This document shows positions 57,558 through 64,000 of a stretch of DNA of 64,000 nt, piece after piece. The stretch lies in contig JAVJQW010000061.1 in the NCBI GenBank assembly GCA_040218735.1, positions 64,001-128,000 of the forward strand. The letters run 5' to 3'. The stretch is from Deltaproteobacteria bacterium (GTDB taxonomy: Bacteria; Myxococcota; Kuafuiibacteriia; Kuafuiibacteriales; Kuafuiibacteriaceae). The notes beneath the pieces are model-generated. The model was given only the letters and a program-made list of their open reading frames with translations, made no database searches and was not told the DNA's origin. Position numbers and translations under genes: made by a program. Numbering within the stretch: the first letter of the stretch is position 1; each line of letters starts with the position of its first letter.

Positions 57558-58463
57558 GTGGCGACCCTCAAGTCGCTGAAGGACGACACGAGCCTTCCTG
57601 TGACCGCTCGACTCCTGGTCGGGCGCTCGCCGTCGTGCGGCCTGCGCGTGTCGGACCCACACGCCTCGGGTGAGCACGCGACCGTCACCTGGACGGGCTG
57701 GCACTGGGAGATCAAGGACCTCGGCAGCCGCAACGGGACGTACGTCGACGGGACGAAGCTCGACGCCGGCGTCGCCGTGAAGCTCACGACCGGGAGCCGC
57801 ATCGCGTTCGGCGATCCCGAGCGCGCCTGGGAGATGGAGTCGGACGACGCGCCGAACGTCATGGCGATCCACCTCGTCACCAACGAGATCCGCGACGCCG
57901 ACGCCGGCCTGCTCGTCCTCCCGAGCGACGACGAGCCCGAGCTTTCGTTCTTCCAGAACAGCACGGGTGAGTGGGTCGAGGAGGACCTCGACGGGCAGCG
58001 GCGCAACGTCGAGGACCAGTCCGTCGTCCAGACGTCGAAGGGCGCGTGGCAGATCCAGCTGCCGTACATCAACGAAGGTACGCCGTTGATGCAGCTCGAG
58101 CTCGCGCTCGAGACGATCAGCCTGCAGTTCGCCGTGAGCCGCGACGAGGAGCGCGTCGAGATGACGATCCTCCACCGCGGGATGGAGATCCCCCTCGAAC
58201 CGCGCGAGCACGGCTACGTCTTGCTCACGCTCGCGCGCGCCCGCGCGGAGGACGAAGCCGTCCCCCTCGAACAACGCGGCTGGCGGGACCGCGACCGACT
58301 GGAGAAGATGCTCGCGATGGATTCGAACGCCCTGAACGTGGCGATCCATCGCGCGCGACAGCAGCTCTCGAGCGCCGGGGTCGCCGGCGCCGCCAACATC
58401 GTCGAGGTCCGACGCAAACAGCGACGCCTCGGGACCGATCGCTTCCGGATCGTCTCGCTGTAG
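57558..58463 (+). CDS. FHA-domain protein with putative C-terminal winged helix
   Basis: VGR, SGEHA and DLGSRNGT (intact FHA); LNVAIHRARQQL helix; start uncertain. Confidence 0.85.
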   Translation: MATLKSLKDDTSLPVTARLLVGRSPSCGLRVSDPHASGEHATVTWTGWHWEIKDLGSRNGTYVDGTKLDAGVAVKLTTGSRIAFGDPERAWEMESDDAPNVMAIHLVTNEIRDADAGLLVLPSDDEPELSFFQNSTGEWVEEDLDGQRRNVEDQSVVQTSKGAWQIQLPYINEGTPLMQLELALETISLQFAVSRDEERVEMTILHRGMEIPLEPREHGYVLLTLARARAEDEAVPLEQRGWRDRDRLEKMLAMDSNALNVAIHRARQQLSSAGVAGAANIVEVRRKQRRLGTDRFRIVSL

Positions 58464-58472
58464 GCGCTGCCC

Positions 58473-60329
58473 ATGGCAGACAACAAGCTCCGGCCGGGCA
58501 CGCTGATCGACGATCGTTTCCTCCTCGGAAAGCGGCTCGGCTCGGGCTCCACCGGCGTGGTGTGGCGCGCGCTCGATCAGGAGAGCGGGCAGGACGTCGC
58601 GCTGAAGATCCTGCACCCGAAGATGAGCCACGACGCGATGCTCGTCGCACAGCTCGCGCGCGAAGCCGACGTCCTGCAGCAGCTCGATCACCCGCACATC
58701 GCGACGTCCTTCGCATTCCAGCCGGACGGGCCGTTTGTTTACCTCGCGATGGAGTTCATCGACGGGCGCCCGCTGCACGAGGTCATCGGCGCCCACACGC
58801 GCGACAAGAGGTACTTCGAGCACCGTGAGGTGATGAACATCCTCTCGCAGCTCGCCGACGCCGTCGGGCACGCGCACGCGAAGTACATCGTGCACCGCGA
58901 CCTCAAGCCGCAGAACGTCATCGTCATCGGCGACGGCCCCGACGCGACGGTGAAGGTGCTCGACTTCGGGATCGCGCGGCTCCTCGAGGGGAGCATCTTC
59001 GACGCCACCACGCTCGGGCGTCAGCTCGGCTCGCTGTTCTACATGTCGCCGGAGCAGACACGCGGAGAGCCGGCCGACGCACGCAGTGACGTCTTCGCGC
59101 TCGGCGCGATCCTCTTCGAGCTGATCACGTTGCGCCGCGCGTGGGCCTGGGACGAACAGGGCATGCCGGTCCCCGCGTTCGAGCGACCGGTGCCGGCCGG
59201 CGAGGCCAACGCGCTCGCCGCGGTGTTCACGCGGCTGACCTCCGGGCCCCGCCCTCGCGTGAGCGATGCACGCCTGGAGATGCCGCCTTCGTTCGACGCG
59301 GTCATCACCCGTGCGCTCGCGGTGAAGCGCGAGGATCGTTACGCGTCGGTGCAGGAGTTCGCGAAGGAGGCGCTCGGGGCGCTGGAGCGGATCACCGGGT
59401 CGGTCGAGGCGGCGACGGTGCTCGCTTCGGCGGTCGGTGAAGTGCCGTGGTCGGCGGAGGGCCACGGGCACGGCGTCGCGAACGTGGCGGCGGCGCAGTC
59501 CGGCGAGTACGCGGAGACGGCGCTCCTCGCGGCGGCGGACCACGCGGTGCTGGGGACGACCACGGTGGTCGACTCGGAGGACGAAGCGATCGAGACCGAC
59601 GATCAGCTCTCGCAGAACGAGCTGATCGACACGATGGAGGGTTCGATCGAGGAGACGGCGGCGGAGGCTTCGATCACGGCGCCGCCGGTCCCGCCCGAGC
59701 ACTCCGGTCGCAGCAAACGCGACTATCCGGAGACGGTGGAGTTCGTCGGCCCGAGCGACGAAGCGGGGCGGCGCTCCGGCGGTGCGCAAAAGAGCGATCC
59801 GCGCTCCGCGGAGGCGCGCTCGCCGCGGACCCGGACGCGCCCCGTCGGTGAGCACGAGCGACCGCCGCTGGCCGTCGAGGTCTCGGCGCCCACCCCGAAC
59901 CTCCCCCGCTTCGACGACGTCCCCCCGCCGGTCACGGCGCTGTCCGCGACGCGCGAGACGCCGCAGGCGCAGGAAGAGGGCATTCGGTTGCTGCCGATCG
60001 TCGCCGTCGCGATCGTCTCGATGCTCGCGGCGATCCTCGTCGGCCTGGTGATCTTCGATCCCGAGCCCGCGGTGGAGTCGGTCGAGATCCCGCCCGAGGC
60101 GACTCGGCCGCACGCCGCGCTGTGGCAGCAGCTCGCGACGGTCGAGCAGCGCCCGAAGGACAAGGTCGCGATGCAGGCCCTCAGCGACGGCATCGTGAAG
60201 GCCGCGGGGGTCATCGAGGACGACGAGACCTCCGAGACGATCGTCGCGTGCGCGAAGGGCAACGCGTTGCTCGCGAACCCGAAGGGGATGCGGAACTGCT
60301 TGGAGCGCCTGACGAAGGCGACGCAGTAG
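58473..60329 (+). CDS. Membrane Ser/Thr protein kinase
   Basis: LGSGSTG, VALK, HRDLKPQN, DFG, YMSPEQ; TM near the C-terminus. Confidence 0.92.
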   Translation: MADNKLRPGTLIDDRFLLGKRLGSGSTGVVWRALDQESGQDVALKILHPKMSHDAMLVAQLAREADVLQQLDHPHIATSFAFQPDGPFVYLAMEFIDGRPLHEVIGAHTRDKRYFEHREVMNILSQLADAVGHAHAKYIVHRDLKPQNVIVIGDGPDATVKVLDFGIARLLEGSIFDATTLGRQLGSLFYMSPEQTRGEPADARSDVFALGAILFELITLRRAWAWDEQGMPVPAFERPVPAGEANALAAVFTRLTSGPRPRVSDARLEMPPSFDAVITRALAVKREDRYASVQEFAKEALGALERITGSVEAATVLASAVGEVPWSAEGHGHGVANVAAAQSGEYAETALLAAADHAVLGTTTVVDSEDEAIETDDQLSQNELIDTMEGSIEETAAEASITAPPVPPEHSGRSKRDYPETVEFVGPSDEAGRRSGGAQKSDPRSAEARSPRTRTRPVGEHERPPLAVEVSAPTPNLPRFDDVPPPVTALSATRETPQAQEEGIRLLPIVAVAIVSMLAAILVGLVIFDPEPAVESVEIPPEATRPHAALWQQLATVEQRPKDKVAMQALSDGIVKAAGVIEDDETSETIVACAKGNALLANPKGMRNCLERLTKATQ

Positions 60330-60335
60330 GCCGAA

Positions 60336-60371
60336 TCTCCAGAACTTCTCCAGAGGTCCTCCAAGTCTCCA
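60336..60371 (+). repeat. CTCCA direct repeats with 11-bp period upstream of the mddA-like gene
   Basis: CTCCA at 60337, 60348, 60359 and 60367. Confidence 0.65.
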
Positions 60372-60436
60372 CGGGGCGGGTCCTGAGAGTGTCCCCATCG
60401 CGGGTCGTCGACACGGCCACGAAGAAAGGACCTCCC

Positions 60437-61228
60437 ATGTTCAAGCGAATCTCCACCTTCCTCTACGGCGTCGTGTCCTACGGCGTCGGTGTTGCGGCCC
60501 TGGTGGCCCTCATCCTCATCACGCTCGGCGTGCTCGGCTTCACGGGCGGACCGGTGTCCATCGAATCGTTCGCCGGGGCGCTCGTGTTCAACGTCGCCCT
60601 GCTCCTCGCCTTCGGCATCCAGCACAGCGTCATGGCCCGCAAGTGGTTCAAGGAGCGCTGGACGAAGATCATCCCCGAGGCCGCGGAGCGGTCGACGTTC
60701 GTGCTCGCGACCGCCCTCGTCCTCGGGCCGGCGCTGTACCTCTGGCAGCCGATGCCCGAGGTCATCTGGGACGTCTCGAACCCGATCGCGCGTGTCGCGC
60801 TGACCGCCGCTTGTGTCGCGGGCTGGGGTTACCTGTTCGTGTCGACGTTCGCGATCGACCACTTCGAGCTGTTCGGACTGCGGCAGGTCTGGGACGCGAT
60901 GCGGGGCAACAAGACGGAGCGCACGTCGTTCCAGGAGAAGTGGATGTACCGCTTCGACCGTCACCCGATCATGACCGGCGCGATCCTCGGCATCTGGATG
61001 ACGCCGACGATGACCGCCGACCACCTCCTCCTCGCCGTGATGTCGACGCTCTACGTGATGGTCGGCGTGCACTTCGAGGAGCGCGCGCTGCGTCGCGAGT
61101 GGGGCGAGCGCTACGCGGAGTACGCGAGCCGCGTGGGGACGATCGTCCCGCGCCTCCCGCTCGGGAAACGCGCGCCTACGACGTCAGAGGAGCGACGAAC
61201 CGGTAGCCGACCCTATGCAGCGTCTTGA
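60437..61228 (+). CDS. mddA: Methanethiol S-methyltransferase-like membrane methyltransferase (ICMT family)
   Basis: AAAGGA RBS; QHSVMAR..FK..WT.IIP...ERSTFVL, IDHFELFGLRQVW, RHPIM, EER. Confidence 0.8.
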   Translation: MFKRISTFLYGVVSYGVGVAALVALILITLGVLGFTGGPVSIESFAGALVFNVALLLAFGIQHSVMARKWFKERWTKIIPEAAERSTFVLATALVLGPALYLWQPMPEVIWDVSNPIARVALTAACVAGWGYLFVSTFAIDHFELFGLRQVWDAMRGNKTERTSFQEKWMYRFDRHPIMTGAILGIWMTPTMTADHLLLAVMSTLYVMVGVHFEERALRREWGERYAEYASRVGTIVPRLPLGKRAPTTSEERRTGSRPYAAS

Positions 61229-62666
61229 TGACGCGCTGTGACCGTCCGTCGTCGCCCACGGCCTGGCGGGCCGCCTTCAGGCGGCTCGTCAACGCCGACT
61301 CGGAGACGAACCGATCCCCCCACACCTCGGCGAGGAGCTCCTCCTTCGTCACGACGCGGTGGCGCTGCTCGGCCAGGAACCTCAGCACCTGGAACACCTG
61401 CGGCTCCATCGCGACGACCTCGCCGCCGCGGCGCAGCTCGTGCGCCTCTCGGTCCAGCTCGCAGTCGAAGAAGCTCAGTACGTCGGACGAGGGCGGAGGC
61501 GGAGGCGCCGGCGGGCCGCCTGTCACGTGCGCGGGCAGGTGCTCGGCGGCGATCGCCTGCCCCTCGGCGCGCGCGATCCCCAGCGCGACGGCCTGCTCCA
61601 TCTCACGGATGTTGAGCGGCCAAGCGTACGCGAGGAGCGCGCGCGTCGCGCGACGCGACAAACGCAAGTCCTCCGGATGATCCGAAGCGCGCCGCAAGAT
61701 GGCTTGCAGCATGAGGCCGATGTCCTGCTTGCGCTCTTGGACCGTAGGGAGGTCGATGCGCACGCCCGAGAGGCGCGCCATCAGATCGGATCGGAAGCGC
61801 CCGGCATCCACCGCCGCCTGCATGTCCTCGCGCGCGGCGCTGACCAGCTTGAAGTCCACGGGGACCGGCTCCGTCGCACCGACGGGGAGGACCTCGCGCT
61901 CCTGGAGGACACGCAGCAGCGTCGACTGGCTCTCGAGGGGGAGGTCGAGGACCTCGTCGAGGAACAGCGTGCCGCGATCGGCGGCGCGGATCAGCCCGAG
62001 GTCGCCGTCGACGTGACCGAAGAGCTGACGCTCGAGCTCGGCCTGGGCGAGCGCGCCGCAGCTCACGCCCACGAACGAACCGCCGCGCTCGGTGCGGGCG
62101 TGGACGGCGCGGGCGACGAGCTCCTTGCCGGTGCCGCTCGGTCCCTGCACGAGGATACCGCTGGCGTGCGGCGCGAGGTCGAGCGCCGTGCGGTAGGCCT
62201 CGGCGAGCGTGGCGTCGAAGGTCGTCAGCGCGTCGGAGCCGAAGCTCCGCGGGGCGACCTCGTGCTCGGACCAGGTCGACGCCGCGGCGCGGAACACGAG
62301 GAAGGTGTGCCCGACCTCGACGACGTCGCCGTCGGCGAGCGTGAGCTCCGCGGTGACCCGCTCGTCGTTGACGCGCGTGCCGTTCTTGGAGCCGAGATCC
62401 TTCAGCCGGACGCTGCCGCCCTGCACCGCGAGCGCGACGTGCCGCTGCGAGAGCCCACGGTCCGGGATGTCGATGCGGAGCGTGCCGCCGTCGCGGCGTC
62501 GGCTGACGTCGTCACTCGGGCTGCGGCCGAGCTCCGCCTCCTCGACCCCACCGAGCGAGAACCGCGCGCACGGGAGGAGCGGATGATCTGCGCGCAGGAC
62601 GAGCACGAGCTGCGGCGCGTGCGCGGTCGGCGCAATCCCCGCGGCGGTCTCGTCGACCAGCGACAT
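61176..62666 (-). CDS. FHA + sigma54-activator-like AAA+ + OmpR/CadC-type winged-helix regulator
   Basis: ELGR..LSQRH..DLGSKNGT; GPSGTGKE, GTLFLDE, FRSDL, WPLNIRE; EPQVF..L..VVTKEELL..VW...GYRF. Confidence 0.88.
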   Translation of the reverse strand: MSLVDETAAGIAPTAHAPQLVLVLRADHPLLPCARFSLGGVEEAELGRSPSDDVSRRRDGGTLRIDIPDRGLSQRHVALAVQGGSVRLKDLGSKNGTRVNDERVTAELTLADGDVVEVGHTFLVFRAAASTWSEHEVAPRSFGSDALTTFDATLAEAYRTALDLAPHASGILVQGPSGTGKELVARAVHARTERGGSFVGVSCGALAQAELERQLFGHVDGDLGLIRAADRGTLFLDEVLDLPLESQSTLLRVLQEREVLPVGATEPVPVDFKLVSAAREDMQAAVDAGRFRSDLMARLSGVRIDLPTVQERKQDIGLMLQAILRRASDHPEDLRLSRRATRALLAYAWPLNIREMEQAVALGIARAEGQAIAAEHLPAHVTGGPPAPPPPPSSDVLSFFDCELDREAHELRRGGEVVAMEPQVFQVLRFLAEQRHRVVTKEELLAEVWGDRFVSESALTSRLKAARQAVGDDGRSQRVIKTLHRVGYRFVAPLTS

Positions 62667-62698
62667 CGTGTGGGTCTCGCCGGGCACCGCACCTCGAA

Positions 62699-64000
62699 CT
62701 AATCACGGGCGAGGGGTCCATTCCAGCACCGGTGCGTGGTGGGCGCGGCGGCGGCGACGGGGGCGCCGCGCTCCCAGACGACGGGGACCGAGCGCCAGAC
62801 CTCCTCGAGGAGCTCGCAGTACGGGCGAGAGATCGCGGTCAGGTCCCACGTCGCGAAGTCTCCGAGCTCCGAGGCGGCGTAGAGGCGCTCCTCGTCCGCG
62901 AAGAGGTGTAATGCGCGACCGTTCAACGCGCCGGTGACGAGGCGGACGCCCGTCTCGAGGTCCCAGCCGATCACGACCCCCGTTCGGTAGCCGGCGATGA
63001 GCGACCCGCGAGGGCCTTCGAGGAGCGCTTCGATCGGGGACTGCGGCGACTGTTCGAGGGCGACCTCCCGGACCGCGCCGGTCGTCGGATCGATCGTGCG
63101 GATGTGGCCGCGGTCGAAGCCGACGACGATCCAGCGCCCGACGCGCGCCGCGGTGCGCGGCTCGCCGGTGATGTCGAACCGCCGGGCACCTTCGCGACCG
63201 AAGACGTGCACGGCGCTGCTCGTGGTGACGTACCAGGCGTGGGCGTCCACGGAGAGCCCGGTGGCGTCCGTGACTACGGCGCGGGCGCCCTCCGCGTCGT
63301 AGCGCCAGACGGCGTCGCCGCGGAGCGCGAGGCACGCGTCGGCGGTCGCGCGGAGCTCGGGGGTCCCTTCGATCGGCCACGAGTCGATCCGTGTCCCGAG
63401 TGAAGCGTCGAGCGCGCGAAGCTCACCGTCGGCGAGGACACACAGCCGACGGCCGAGCGGATCCGAGACGGCGATCGACGACGGCTTGGACCACGCCGGC
63501 CCCTCGACGACCTCGGCCGGCACACGATCGAGCGCGAGCCACCCGCGGTGCGTTCGCAACCTCGGCGGGCGCTGCAGGACGGCGCTCGTCCACCAGCGCG
63601 GCGTGGCGTCCTCGGCGTTCCACAGACGCACGGCGCCGTCGCCGCCGCTGGTCACGACGAGGCGACCGGACGCATCGAAGCGCGCGTAGTTGGTGAACCG
63701 CGCGTGTCCGTCGAAGCCGCGGGGCGTCGTTCGGCCCTCGAGGTCGACGAGTCGTACGATGTCGCGGTTCGCCATCGCGATGGTCTCGGACGGGCGGTGC
63801 CACCCGGTGACCCACAGACCGTTCGATTCGCGGAGGACGTCGGTGCGGCCGGTGCGCGGATCCCACTCGAAGAGGCGGAGCGAGGTGTCTTGGTAGAAGA
63901 TCGTCCGTCCGTCGCGGCGCCAGCGGGCGAAGGTGATGTCCGTGCCGCGGGCGTGTGCACGCACGTCGGTCCCGTCCGGCGCGAACAGATGCAGGCCGCC
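62699..64000 (-). CDS. WD40-repeat protein, 5' end outside the window
   Basis: GHARFTNYARF...VVTSGGDGAVRLWN; frame open to the window edge. Confidence 0.75.
   Translation of the reverse strand, partial: GGLHLFAPDGTDVRAHARGTDITFARWRRDGRTIFYQDTSLRLFEWDPRTGRTDVLRESNGLWVTGWHRPSETIAMANRDIVRLVDLEGRTTPRGFDGHARFTNYARFDASGRLVVTSGGDGAVRLWNAEDATPRWWTSAVLQRPPRLRTHRGWLALDRVPAEVVEGPAWSKPSSIAVSDPLGRRLCVLADGELRALDASLGTRIDSWPIEGTPELRATADACLALRGDAVWRYDAEGARAVVTDATGLSVDAHAWYVTTSSAVHVFGREGARRFDITGEPRTAARVGRWIVVGFDRGHIRTIDPTTGAVREVALEQSPQSPIEALLEGPRGSLIAGYRTGVVIGWDLETGVRLVTGALNGRALHLFADEERLYAASELGDFATWDLTAISRPYCELLEEVWRSVPVVWERGAPVAAAAPTTHRCWNGPLARD

Overview
High-GC (~70%) bacterial DNA with a Myxococcota-like gene repertoire (five Hanks-type kinase genes, FHA, PEGA and TPR proteins, many lipoproteins); the taxonomy is inferred, not shown. 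About 45 genes are supportable. No rRNA, tRNA, CRISPR array or mobile element was seen. The main feature is a ~28 kb redox locus (17.5-46 kb). It holds four nonaheme c7-repeat cytochromes, a hexaheme lipoprotein coupled to a probable outer-membrane beta-barrel, a cNMP/4x[4Fe-4S]/membrane protein, and an FHA-heptaheme-ferredoxin-permuted FAD/NADPH reductase fusion (about 51 heme-binding motifs in total), together with an ECF sigma/anti-sigma pair and a Ser/Thr kinase. It looks like a signal-regulated trans-envelope electron conduit. Other notable items: a divergent DUF692/MNIO operon with a repeat-containing Cys lipoprotein as candidate substrate, an EgtD-EgtB fusion, an exosortase E/VPEID-CTERM pair, a pseudokinase, divergent sigma-54 promoters, and a GAFTGA-less FHA-AAA+-winged-helix regulator next to an mddA-like gene that has 11-bp direct repeats upstream. 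All functions come from motif reading; no database search was run.
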